Positions 36,711 through 49,479 of a stretch of 53,630 nt of DNA are shown here, one piece after another (position 1 is the stretch's first letter; every line of letters starts with the position of its first letter). The notes under the pieces are model-generated. The model did not search any database and was not told the DNA's origin. It saw nothing but the letters and a program-made list of their open reading frames with translations. The stretch is from Octopus bimaculoides (taxonomy: Eukaryota). Made by a program: the position numbers and the translations under genes. The stretch covers positions 62,311,131 through 62,364,760 of the forward strand of contig NC_068985.1 of NCBI RefSeq assembly GCF_001194135.2, given 5' to 3'.

Positions 36711-39308
36711 TATAATAAATGCGAAAACTAATTTCTGTGTGTCAGTGTGTCACACTTTGACCCCTCTCTCACTATTTAATGATACTTCTACTATTGATCA
36801 TGTTGGGGTGAGGGTAATAGTAGGTATAGAGATGGTGAGGGCGGTGGCAAAGACAGACAGGCAGAAAGAAAAAGAGACGGAGAAAAAGAAAGACAAAGAA
36901 ATTTAGGGAGAGTTGATATTTTATTAAAAGTAGTAGTGTTGGAGGGGGTGACGCTGAGAGTAAGTGATGTGAAAGACAGTGGTGATGGTGGTGGAGGGGA
37001 AGGTGATGAAGTCAAAGGTATTGATGGTGGTGGCGTCAGAAGTCTAAATGGTGTGTGTATGGCAGATGTAGTGGTGATGGTGATGATGGTGGTACTGCTG
37101 TTTATTATGCAGCTTTGCAATAAGTTCCAAGTCGACAAATTATTTCATTGCTTTGATGAAATTGTTCAATGCTTGAAATATATTGTTCAAATTTAATAAA
37201 ATTTAATGTATACTCAATGACCTAATGAAGAGCCCTCTACAGGAGCTAGCTTAAAAGCCGCCTTGTAAGGCGGCTTCTAAGCTAGTATATGTATATATAT
37301 GTGTCTGTATGTGTGTGTGTAGTAAGCTAGTAAATATATGTATACATATATATACATAAACAATTGTCTATTTACTATGCTGGTTACATGGAGTGTTCGT
37401 CTGGTACGTTGAGTTTTGTTTATTTTTATGTGTCTTGACCATACGTGTACTGATGAGTAAAAGATGCAGATTACTGCGTTAATTACGGAATTATGATTTA
37501 CCGTTAAGTTGAAAGATTTTAGGAGGTTAGCTTTTGAGAGTTGCATTTCCTCGTGTTCAGTAAAAATGTGTTTATTATGGTAGTTTGACTTCTAGAGTCC
37601 CTCTTAGCGTTAGGCATTTATGTATAGTAATGCCCTTAAATAAATAAATTAATAAATACATTTATAGGGAACAAAGTTTTTTTCACGCTAACTACTTGAT
37701 AAATTCTTACAAAGAATTTATCCTATTATTAAATTATATATATTACTCTCTATTTATACATACATATATATATATATGTATGTATAAATAGAGAGTAATG
37801 TAAAACAAAACGAAGGATATATTATAAATAATTAAGATTATTTATGAATATATCAATGGCCAAACATGCTTTCATAAAGTATGAGGAAGAAAAACTTTTG
37901 TAATATGAACAAGTCACAATTATAACTAAGAGGGTTAAAAAAAACCTTACATGTTAAAAATAGCAGCCAAAACCGCTATAAAGCCATTATAAAACTCATA
38001 TCATTTCCCTTCACTAGTCCACAACTTTAAAATAATTGGTTAACTCCCTATTGCAATTTCGGCGTTAGGGACCACTTAAGGGACCCATTCGCCTCGTCAG
38101 GGGAAATATTCCTATTGATAGAAATAAAAACAAGACTTTACCTTGTGTCTAGTATGAATCGCGACTGGCAATACAAGTGTTTTCACCTCTATCTACACAA
38201 TCAATCTTTGAATTCAAATGCCATGCACAGCGTTTATGTGAGAAGACCGGTAATCGCGAGCCACGGCAAAATCACCAGATATGAGTTAAGAAAATATAAA
38301 TAAGTAGAGAGTAATATAAACACATTACAAAGGATATATTACAAATAATTAAGATTATTTATGAATATATCAATGGCCAAACATGCTACCATAAAGTATG
38401 AGGAAGAAAAGCGTTTATAATAATAATAATAATTATTATTATTATATATATATGTCAGAAACTTGTGCGCGCGCGCGCGTGTGTGTGTGTGTGTGTGTGT
38501 TTCTGACATATTTTAATTTCTAAAGGCAAATTCACTGCTGTTGCCGTGGAAAAGAAATTCGCGCTTATGGCAGGTGTAAAAACATCTTATGTATTCAGTG
38601 TCTCTACCTAGCAGATTCCTAGACGCGTTTCTAGCTTCTTAGCATTCCTCATTAGGAAATACCGAAGAGAGAAAACCCCAAGCAGCTAAATTTTTTTAAG
38701 GCAGTGCTCCAGTATTGCCGCAGTATAATGACTGAAACGAGTATAAGACAAAAGATAAACAATATGTACGTATGTATGTGTATATATACACGTATATTTT
38801 CATATGCATAAGCACATATGTATATGTGTTTATATATACTTTTCCTTTTTACTTATACTTGTTTCAGTCAGGCACTCTGTTCATACTAGAGCACTGCCAC
38901 TGATGTCATCGCTGGTTTATTTCATTTCATTTTCATAGTCCTCACTTCGTGTTTGCTTCTTGTGAAGCAGCATGTCCAACAAAACTGCCCTTGTTCTTTC
39001 TTTCTTTCTTTCTCACTTTTCTTCTTTTTTTTTTTGTTTTGATGAGGTGTCATCTCATATCTTAGATAAAAATTTTGTCTAAATGTTCTTGAAACTCATT
39101 CACATGAAAGTTTCACAGACCTTTGAGTCTTGTCCTGATATTGAAAAGCTGTGAACCTTGGAGACGTNNNNNNNNNNNNNNNNNNNNNNNNNNNNNNNNN
39201 NNNNNNNNNNNNNNNNNNNNNNNNNNNNNNNNNNNNNNNNNNNNNNNNNNNNNNNNNNNNNNNNNNNNNNNNNNNNNNNNNNNNNNNNNNNNNNNNNNNN
39301 NNNNNNNN

Positions 39309-39358
<50 letters not shown>

Positions 39359-39579
39359 TGTATGTATATACGTGTGTACATGTAGAATTTGCTACCATTT
39401 CTAACAAGCTTAAACAAACATGTAGCGGCTCCTTCCTGTGCACGCCTTATTCATTTTGATGTTTCCTAAGTTTACTTGATCATTTAAAGGGTTAAAAATT
39501 AATTATCTCCTACATGACTATATTTCTGTTTATTTTCATGTGTAAAATTGCTTATAAATATTGCACGGGCTAGGGTGCA

Positions 39580-39735
39580 GCTAAATGGATTAATACCAAT
39601 TCTTGTATCGGTCCTGAAAAGATGAAATTCAAAGTTGACTTAGGTAGTATTTTGAACTCAGAAAATAAGGGGTGCTGCTAATCACTGATATTAATTTTAT
39701 TTGTCGTGCTAACGATTCTATCAATCCAGTGCCTC
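39580..39735 (-). mobile_element. SINE family A, degenerate
   Basis: Reverse complement includes gaatcgttagcacg...ttctgagttcaaa...gtcaactttg. Confidence 0.55.
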
Positions 39736-41001
39736 GATGTATATTTGAAATGAAATATGACTTATTGGTCAGATATTCAATAGCTGTTCAGGAGTAATAA
39801 AGGCATAACCTACTCCTCTAGTAGACTATGCTTTTATTATATCTCATCTATATTTTTCACATATCCAGGAGTAATTACTATTCCTATTAATGTCGCAGGC
39901 ATTCTTTAACTTGTGGCACATGTACTCATGCATAACTTTTTGTCGGTATTCTTCCTTGTTTCTGTTTAAGTAGGTCAATCCAACCACTTTTCATTCACAT
40001 GGAGTAATTGTACAGTCAGAGTAATTAATTGAGAGTTCCTTCACCTTATCTCAAAATATTGACAGGATTGATGTTTTTTTAACCATATACACCACTATGT
40101 ACTAGTAATCGTGCCCAATCAGATTTAAATTCTCATTAGTTGTACTTTATCCATCCTGTATTAATGTGTATGTGAGGTGGATGAAATTAAGATCTCCAGT
40201 CTATACAATTTTGTAACTTCTTGTACAGAATATGCAGTTCTGTGAGAATGTTTATCTAATTGAGCAGTATAACTGGTAAATGTGTTTGATACTAGATTTA
40301 AACCTCATGCAGATAGTTTCAAACTATACCTAAACAGTTAATCAAATTGCTATCACCAATTAATATCTGATCTCTAAAAGAAATATAAATTTGGCGCTTC
40401 TGCCAGCGCTCTTTCCACTTGGATGTAATTTGAATAAACGATAGCTCCATATCAAAATAAGCTCTTCTTCCCATAAAAATCAAAATTTTTTCTTCTCTGT
40501 AAATCTATCACTTGATCAGGACTGAACGATTCCAATATTCCATCAATGACTGCTTATACTCTAACTCTGATTCTGTGTTATACATAGCGGTTAATTCTCT
40601 CCCTAAAATCACCGAATTTGACGAACTGGCTCAGCCGCATGTTTTCATGTATTTTGTAACTAGAGATAGCAACTTGCTTGTATCAGAAGAGCTGAATGAT
40701 AATCCATGTTCCTTGTGCTTCCTGTTTTTAAAAAAGCTTCTAATAAAGTTCTAAGAGGTAATAGTCCAGAGGTAATAGCCACTAACAGCAGCATCGTACC
40801 GAATTTGCCATACAACAAATCCAAAATATATTATCTACAGAGTCTTTCGATGATGTTATGACTTTCGTTAGCTTCCTATTCGATTATTTTCACTTTCACA
40901 ATTTTCACTCTATAGACGGAATTTATAGGTATTAATAACCACTTTCATCGCCAACATTCCTTCACTTTTATATGTTCCTGGTTATATATTTCTATCACTT
41001 T

Positions 41002-41235
41002 AAGGAGACGTGCTGGCAAAATCGTTACTACTCCAGAAAAAATGCTTAACGGCATTTCTTTTGACTTTGTTTTGAGTGCATATGCTGCCGGAAATGACTT
41101 TACCTCTTATCCCTTTCAGGGTCGATAAAATAAGTACCAGTTAAGCATTGGTGTCAATACAATTACCTAACCACCTCCTACGAAATTGCTTGCCTTATGC
41201 TGAATTTTGGCGCAAGGCCAAAATTTGAGACCAAT
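41002..41235 (+). mobile_element. SINE family A, near full length, diverged
   Basis: gctggcaaaatcgtta...aaatgcttaacggcatttc...gggtcgataaaataagtaccagtt...caaaatttgagacc. Confidence 0.7.
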
Positions 41236-42167
41236 AGATTTCTATCACTTAAAAACTTCACTATTTGCTGCACTTTGAATCTTGTCAAGTATAATTCTTT
41301 TCTGTTGGTTTTAACAATCACCCAGATTTCAAAATTTTGAAATTCGTTTTACTTCTGGTCGCCAAATTTCTACCAGTTCAAAATTCATTCTTCAATTACT
41401 ATGATTTGTATGTCCCTGCAGCTAAAGCTAGAAGTATTAATCAGTGAATTGATGTTGGAAGCAATACTTCAAACAGTATCTTAATATTTTTTCTCGACTT
41501 CTTATTATTCATTCAGCTATTTCCCTCTCCCTATATTCATGTCATAAACAATTTCATTTGTGGGGACATGCAATTTCGCCAATTGCCTTCACGTCTGCAT
41601 TGAAAATGTATATTTCTGCTTCAAAATCATACTTTTTTTACTTCAATATGGCAGGCTTGGCGAACCTCTTTCAAACTCTTCATTGAAATTGAAATTTTTC
41701 CAATGTTTAATTCGCTACCAGCATGTACAGTAAACTTTGTTTTTTTTTTTTCTTTTTTACTACGGCAGTAATTGGGTCAAATTCATTTTTCTTTTTCTTT
41801 TGCTTCCTCGAAATCACCTTAAGCAAGTCCGATTAGTTACTTCTAAGCAAGACGAAGTAGGATGTGGCATTAATGAAAACAAAACGCAAATGTAATATGG
41901 CAATAAAATGATTTATAGAAATTTAGATAAAAAGAACTGATGGCGTGGAAAAAATAGTACTCGAATACCGGAGGTAGAGAAATATATTTCATTAATAAAG
42001 CTGCAGAGGCATCACAAAAACTGTTACTCAGAGTTTCACGTTCTGACTAACGGGAACGTGAAACTCTGTGTAACAGTTTTTGCAATGTCTTTGCAGCTTT
42101 ATGTATAAAGTATATATATAAGGTATATATATATAAGGTATATAAATACTTATAAAAGTATGTATAT

Positions 42168-42375
42168 ATAAGGCTGACAGAAACGTTAGCACGCTGGGCG
42201 AAATGCTTAGCAATATTTCGTCTGTCTTAACTTTCTGAGTTCAATTTCCGCCGAGGTCGACTTTGCCTTTCATCCTTTCGGGATCAATAAATTAAGTACC
42301 AGTTGCTAGAGTCGATCTAATCGACTGCGCCTCTCCCCGAAAATTTCGGGCCTTGTGCCTAGAGTAGAAAAGAAT
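42168..42375 (+). mobile_element. SINE family A, best-preserved copy
   Basis: tRNA-like head (ggctgacagaaacgttagcacg; B-box-like gagttcaatttcc), core gtcgactttgcctttcatcctttcgggatcaataaattaagtaccag, and tail ggccttgtgcctagagtagaaaag. Confidence 0.8.
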
Positions 42376-42398
42376 AAAGTATATATATATATAGTAAA

Positions 42399-43160
42399 GT
42401 CTATTTACCAACGCAACGTTGCAGCCCTATGCAGGACGATGTTATTACTTTTTAGCCCCAGGAAAACATCTTTCCCGGCTGGCTACCGACACATTATCTG
42501 TGTCCGTATACTGTGAGCAAGGGAGTCTACAGCCCTCTTTCTAACCGTAGTGATACCTGTAGACCAATGGTTTCTGGGTAATTTTCCTTCCTCGATACAA
42601 GATAACAGCCGGCTAGAGATAGCAGTCACTCGCTTTGTTCACAGTATATACTTTTAAAGCGACACACAGTTGCTGATCTCGTAAAAAGAAAAACAATTAG
42701 TTTTAAATCTCTGAATGGATGTGTAGTAATAGTACCTTACAGTACAGTCTATTTGTCAACGCAATGTGGCAGTCCTACGCAGGACGATGTAACTACTTTT
42801 TAGCCCCAGGAAAACATTTTTCCAGGTGGCTACCGACACATGATCTGTGTCCGTATACAGTAAGCAAGGAAGTCTACCGCCCACTTTCTAGCCGCAATGA
42901 TATCTGAAATTGCCCAGAAACCATTGGTCTACAGGTATCGCTGCAGCTGGAAAGAGGGCAGTAGACTTCCTTGCTCACAGTATACGGACACAGATCATGT
43001 GTCGGAAGCCAGTTAGAAAAGATGTTTTTCTGAGGTTAAAAAGTAGTAACATCATCCTGCGTAGTGCTGCCACGTTGCGTTGGTAAATAGACGTTACTGT
43101 AAGATACTGTTACTACACATTTCTCGCTCAAAGATTTAAAACTATTTGTTTTTCTCTTTA
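42399..43160. repeat. Three copies of a ~200-bp unit: one direct copy plus an inverted pair (foldback)
   Basis: Shared gcaggacgatg...tttttagccccaggaaaacat...gctaccgacaca..atctgtgtccgtata at about 42430 and 42775, and reverse complement at about 42975-43075. Confidence 0.85.
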
Positions 43161-43198
43161 TATATAAATACACACATATGTTATATATATACATACAC

Positions 43199-43945
43199 AA
43201 CCATGTGTGCATAAAAGTAAACAAATTAATATTTGGGTTTTTTTTTAGAAGTGTCGAAATGTATATTGTACGATACAAATAAGATATTTTTTTCGAACGC
43301 AGAGTTGCCGTTAGAACAGCAGAAATACTGAGTAAATTACCCTTAGAAGGCGGAAAAATTTGTCAACAAATAGCCATGGAACTCGAACCCATATCTCTCA
43401 AAAGCTCCGGCTGAGTGTTTTACCACTAAGCTAAACTGCCTACTGACAAATTCATCCGCCGAATTACACGCTATTTACTTTAAACCATGTGTGTACAAAT
43501 GTAAACAAACGAATATTTGTTTTTTATTAGAAGTTCTAACGGCAACTTTGCGTTCGAAAAAGTATCTTACATTACACCTTTCGACGCTTTTAATAAAAAA
43601 AGAACAAATATTTGTTTGTTTACATTTATACACACATAGGTTTTTTTTAATGCTAAAGTACTTACGTCTAATTCGGGGGGGGGGTATATTTGTAAGCGGG
43701 TAGTTTAGCTTAATGTTAAAGCACTCAGTCGCAATTTTAGAGGGATATGGGTTCGAGTCTCGTGGCTGGTTGTTGACAACCTTTTCTGCCTTGTAAGGGT
43801 AATTTACCCAGTATTTCTTCTGTTCTAACAGCAACTTTGCGTTCGAAAAAGTATCTTACATTACACCTTTCGACGCTTTTAATAAAAAAAGAACAAATAT
43901 TTGTTTGTTTACANNNNNNNNNNTTATTTGTATCGTACAATATAT
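43199..43945. repeat. Inverted/tandem cluster of a tRNA-related element
   Basis: tRNA-like A/B boxes on - at 43371-43440 and on + at 43698-43768. 43533-43625 and 43822-43912 differ at one base. Confidence 0.8.
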
Positions 43946-43950
43946 GAATT

Positions 43951-44657
43951 GGAACAAGTTATCACACTTTGAAAAGTTCAGGACAACTTATTACATCTGA
44001 TAAAGTACAGAACAAGAATAGAATTTCAAATAAAATCTTATGATTTAGAAAATATTAGCTTTTATTAAAACTAAAAATTTTATTACAAGTTATTACTTCT
44101 ATTTGTTACTTATATTAAAAATTAAAAATAACTCAAAATATATTTTGCACTTTAAAAAAATTCATTTTTTAATTATTAATTAATAATTAGAAATTTGAAA
44201 ATAGGTTAGAAAAATAATAGTAGTACATAATTAGTACAATAAATAGAATAATACAAAAATTAGTTATATATTACAGTAAAATCTACCTATAACAACAAAT
44301 ATACAGTAAAATTTGCTTGAGTTATTGCCTAACTTATTGCCAAGTCTCCATATTTTTAGTCTTGACTCAATGCCTATTTTTTACATTATGAATTTAACTA
44401 CCATATATACTATTCTACTTTGCATAAAACTTCGGCTACATTAGTACTTCTCGCTCTCATTTATTCTAGTGTATCAATATTTTAACAAAATGATGTCAGC
44501 TTTTTTAATTATAATGTTACTTTGTAAATTATTTTTAGTACATAATATTTAATATTCAAATTTTATCCTTAGCTGCAATATTTTAAGTAAAAATTTTCTT
44601 GCATTACCAGATGTAATAAGTTGTCCTGAACTTTTCTAAGTGTAATAACTTGTCCTG
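43951..44657. mobile_element. MITE-like element with ~50-bp TIRs and an AT-rich interior
   Basis: 43951-44003 ggaacaagttatcacactttgaaaagttcaggacaacttattacatctga is inverted relative to 44606-44655 ccagatgtaataagttgtcctgaacttttctaagtgtaataacttgtcc. Confidence 0.75.
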
Positions 44658-45039
44658 TAATTTCCCAGGTTTATAATCTTAAGAACATTATTTCCCTTGT
44701 TCGCATTTTTCAATATAATCCATGTTTTTCCACATTATGCTATTATGTTAATTAACAATGTGTCAAATGTGTTAATTAGCGGTGTCGTTAATAATTTTCT
44801 CCTTACCTCAATGACGCCGGTGACATATATTAAAAGGCCCTTTATAGAACTATATTCATAAAAAAAAGTATAGAACTATATTATCACCCTCAAATTTGAG
44901 AAAAAAACAATCATAACTTTTTTCTTTTAAAACTTCATTGCATGAGATTGATACTATGAAATTCCTCGAATTGAGCTCTATTATTAAGCTTAATTAAAAT
45001 ATAGTTTGTTTTTAAATTAAAAAAAAAAGTTAATAATAT

Positions 45040-46715
45040 CTAGCGGCGGTCCCTGCAGCAGCCGGGTTTGGCCCGACCTTCCGTGGTTGAATCACCGCTT
45101 TAAACAGAAAAATCGAATCGGTAGTTCGGATAAACGGTTTCTTTTCGGAACCTTTCTGCATTGAGCGATCGGTTCAAGGGTGTCCTCTCTCTCTTCTTCT
45201 CTGTGTTTTGCCCTCGAGCCATTTCTTCGGAAGCTGGAGGCTATGAGAGGCACCCCGCGAGATCTAGAGTTCGGAAAATCGGTTTCGGCGAATGCGGATG
45301 ACATCACCGTCATCGTATCCCGCGTCGAACACCTACAGTGGGTAGATGTGGCCATAAGGGATTACGAAGCGGTGGCAGGAGCAAAAATTAACCGGGTAAA
45401 TCGATCGGCTTGCAGCTCGGCACTTGGAGGGGCAAGTCGATGCCGCTCAACAGCGTCGTGGACGTTGGACGGACGGACCGGTAAAAATGCTACGGGTCTG
45501 CTTTGGTCCAGACCTCCAGATAGAGAAGAACTGGAATGAGGTGGCGAGCAGGGTTGCTCTCCTAACTCAGACCTGGTCTGAGAGTAAGTTATCTCTGAAA
45601 GGAAGGGCGGAGGTTGCAGGTGTATTCATCGCATCTGTAATTACCTGCCGCCCGACTGATGTGCCTTGTCCGGATTCATGGCTGAACAAGATGGAATGCT
45701 TACACTTCCGCTTTTTGTGGAGGGGCAGGGGACATCTTGTAAGGCGCTCTATCTGCTGCCAACAACCGCTGAAGGGTTGCTGGGGATGCCATGGCTAAAA
45801 GTACGCAGGCATGCGCTGAGGCTGAGGCACCTCTGGCTCGACCTGGACGGTGAGCAGGTGTGGTCTCCGTTCGTCAGACTGTTGTTTCCACGGTTCACCT
45901 CTTTTACTAAACTGGACGCATAGATTAAGCGTAGACCAAAGTTGGTAGTTTGGCGAGCAGAGTGTCGTCAGGAATTCGTGCTTCTCTCCCAGGCGGGCAG
46001 AGCCAGCGGCGGGGTTCCACCTCGTCCTTTTATAGAGTGTTAGTAGAGTTTAAGTGTGACGACGCCCTAGGATAAACACTACGCTTCGATCATGGTCAAC
46101 ACGCCAGCCTGTACCGAAGAACATTCTGACCAGGGCCTTTGGACAATTTCCAGAAGTCCCTGACATGGCAATGTTACCGAGGTGCCTTACCTGTTCGGGA
46201 CAAACTCTTCAGGCATGGTTCTTCATCCACTCCAACTTGTCAAAAATGCGAGCAGAACAGTTAAACTGTCCTACATGCAACTGTGCAATATCCGAAGATT
46301 TCGGAACTTTGGGTTTATGTCGAACAACTGTTGTCACATCTGTGAAGAGTACAACTGTCAGCCGAGTCTATAATTAAGATTGTTCCGCCGTCTTCCCTCG
46401 ATAGGGAAGAGCAGGCTTGTTTCCTCTGTGTAGTAGCTACCGCAAACGAGGTTAATGTGGAAGTCGAGAGTGAAAGGGATCGTGACAGGCATTTTCATCT
46501 CCAGCCTGGGGTTGGTTAACTTTTTTTCTTTTCCACATGAAAAGAAAAATAAGGCTGGAGAAGAGATGCCTGTCGCGCGGAATATTTCGGAAAAGATGGA
46601 AGACTGGAGCAAGTGTGTTGAGAGTGAATGACCCTGTTTAAGCGAGAATTTAGAGTGTCCAGCAAGAAATTCAGGACTGGAAAGTGGTTTGTGGGATCGG
46701 CCACGTCCCTCACTT
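45040..46715 (+). mobile_element. L1/Tx1-like LINE, 5'-truncated ORF2, frameshifted
   Basis: VRINGFFSEPF.IERSVQGCPLS; ALEPFLRKLE...SANADDITVIVS; YEAVAGAKIN; WTDGPVKML...GPDLQIEKNW; LSLKGRAEV; RRSICCQ. Confidence 0.85.
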
Positions 46716-46986
46716 CATAATTGTTTATTCATCCAATATTCACACCCATTCATCGTCGTTTTTTAATTATGTATATCTTCATGTTGTTGTTTCATTCGTT
46801 CCCCGACCCCTTGTCTGTCCTTGTTTCGTCCACTCTGTATCTTGACCGTAATGGTTAATAAAGAAAAGAGTTTGAAAACGGCTGCGAGAAGCTTGAAACT
46901 CATATTAGAGTAACTCACTGTAAACATTATTATTAAGATTAAAATAAAAATTATCCCCTCAAAAAAGCCATATCTATTCATTCTTT

Positions 46987-48045
46987 AGGCGCAGGAGTAG
47001 CTGTGTGGTAAGTAGTTTGCTTACCAACCACATGATTCCGGGTTCAGTCCCACTGTGTGGCACCTTGGGCAAGTGTCTTCTATTATAGCCTCAGGCCGAC
47101 CAAAGCCTTGTGAGTGGATTTGGTAGACGGAAACTGAAAGAAGCCCGTCGTAAATATATCAGNNNNNNNNNNNNNNNNNNNNNNNNNNNNNNNNNNNNNN
47201 NNNNNNNNNNNNNNNNNNNNNNNNNNNNNNNNNNNNNNNNNNNNNNNNNNNNNNNNNNNNNNNNNNNNNNNNNNNNNNNNNNNNNNNNNNNNNNNNNNNN
47301 NNNNNNNNNNNNNNNNNNNNNNNNNNNNNNNNNNNNNNNNNNNNNNNNNNNNNNNNNNNNNNNNNNNNNNNNNNNNNNNNNNNNNNNNNNNNNNNNNNNN
47401 NNNNNNNNNNNNNNNNNNNNNNNNNNNNNNNNNNNNNNNNNNNNNNNNNNNNNNNNNNNNNNNNNNNNNNNNNNNNNNNNNNNNNNNNNNNNNNNNNNNN
47501 NNNNNNNNNNNNNNNNNNNNNNNNNNNNNNNNNNNNNNNNNNNNNNNNNNNNNNNNNNNNNNNNNNNNNNNNNNNNNNNNNNNNNNNNNNNNNNNNNNNN
47601 NNNNNNNNNNNNNNNNNNNNNNNNNNNNNNNNNNNNNNNNNNNNNNNNNNNNNNNNNNNNNNNNNNNNNNNNNNNNNNNNNNNNNNNNNNNNNNNNNNNN
47701 NNNNNNNNNNNNNNNNNNNNNNNNNNNNNNNNNNNNNNNNNNNNNNNNNNNNNNNNNNNNNNNNNNNNNNNNNNNNNNNNNNNNNNNNNNNNNNNNNNNA
47801 TATATATATATATGTATTTGTGTGTATATGTTTGTGCGTCTGTGTTTGTCCCCAACATCGCTTGACAACCGATGCTGAGGTGTTTATGTCCCCGTAAGCT
47901 AGCGGTTCGGCAAAATCGAACGATAGAATAAGTACTAGGCTTCCAAAGAATAAGTCCTGGGGTTGATTTGCTCCATTAAAGGCGTTGCTCCAGCATGACC
48001 GCAGTCAAATGACTGAAACAAGTAAAAGAGTAAAAGAGATAGAGA
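46987..48045 (+). mobile_element. SINE family B, full outline, central microsatellite in a gap
   Basis: Head ggcgcaggagtagctgtgtggtaag...ggttcagtccc, core ggcaccttgggcaagtgtcttc, tail gactgaaacaagtaaaagagtaaaagag. Confidence 0.85.
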
Positions 48046-48299
48046 GAGAGAGAGATTAATGATGATTATGCTAACAAACGATTGATATGACTCAAAGTCG
48101 CATGTGAAATCAGTTTTCACATGGAATTCAAATCCATAACATACTCACACGGTGAATGTAAAATTGTTATTTGCACCCGAAATTCCGAGTCATACCAATT
48201 GTCAGTATGATCATCATTAAGCAACACTACACCTCCCACCCTTTTACACATACACACACACACACTATATTCATTGCTAAGCACCCAGTACACATGTGT

Positions 48300-48478
48300 A
48301 CATATGCGTGGCTGAGTGGTAAACGTTTACTTCCCAACCACATGGTTCCGGTTTTAGTCTCACTGTGTGGCACTTTGGGCAAGTGTCTTCTACCATAGCC
48401 TCGGGACGACCAAAGGCTTGTGAGTGGATTTGGTAGACGAAAACTGAAACATGCCTGACGTATATAATAAATGTGTGT

Positions 48479-48519
<41 letters not shown>

Positions 48520-48660
48520 TGTGTGCGCGCGCGCTTGCGTGTGTGTGTGCGTGCACGCTCGGATATGTATTTGTGTGTCTTTGTGGCTGTGTTTGTCTCC
48601 ACCACCTCTTGACAATCGGTGTTGGTTTGTTTATGTTCCCGTTAATTAGCGGTTCGGCAA
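48300..48660 (+). mobile_element. SINE family B, 3'-truncated
   Basis: Same head and core as 46987, internal (TG)n, ends at agcggttcggcaaaa. Confidence 0.8.
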
Positions 48661-49479
48661 AACTTATGCTTTAGACTAAACCATCAGGTGAGTATAGTGC
48701 GTGATAGCAATTAATAATTGACAAAAGAACAAGAGTTAAGTAATTACTTTCATTAGTCTACAGCTTTTCTTGCCATAAGATGTCGCACTAGTACTCAGCT
48801 CTGAATACAAGCTTCTTATAGCTGAAACAGAAGTAAGCTAAGGAAAGTGATTACGTAACTCCTGTTCTTTTGGTATTCATGCAATTGATGTATGTATGTA
48901 TGTATGTATGTACGTGTGTATGTATGTAGGAAATAATACACAGCTGTTGGTATAACTTTAAATGAAAGGTAGCTTTTTTTTCGATGGGCATATTTTTAGT
49001 CTTACTGTGAAAAGTAAACAAAGCTACACTACTAACTTTATCTCGCCGTGACGGAACGAGTGGGCTCGATCGAACAGATTTCTACTCATCTACTTGTATT
49101 CATGTTGTCAGTATATACACTATTATGTAATTCAAACGCACCAGTTTTGCTGTGTCCGAGTTTGATTACACTATTTATAGTTATAAGCAGATGAATCACT
49201 CTTTGGACAAAAGATGGGTACTCTTTTACTGACGAAATTCTAACAAGACTAGAAATTCATCAGGTCAATCCTGAAAGATAAGAACCTGTGAAATAACTGG
49301 GTTTCATTTTGTATGTTTATTTAAAATGTTATGCCTTACAATTTTATGTACGTATGAGTGTTTGTGTGTATGTATATACGTAGACATTCACATATACACA
49401 TGAGAGCCGGCAGAATTTTACATCTATATTTTTAAAAATTGGCTGCAACTGATAAGGAACGCAGAATCACGTGAATTTC

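Noticed and set aside
37450-37490. CTGATGA-GTAA...TTAC hammerhead-like core with an extended stem II
   Set aside because: Followed by GGAA rather than GAAA, and no stem I or III can be drawn.
40260-40800. Possible gag-like remnant on -
   Set aside because: Multiple stops and no diagnostic motif.
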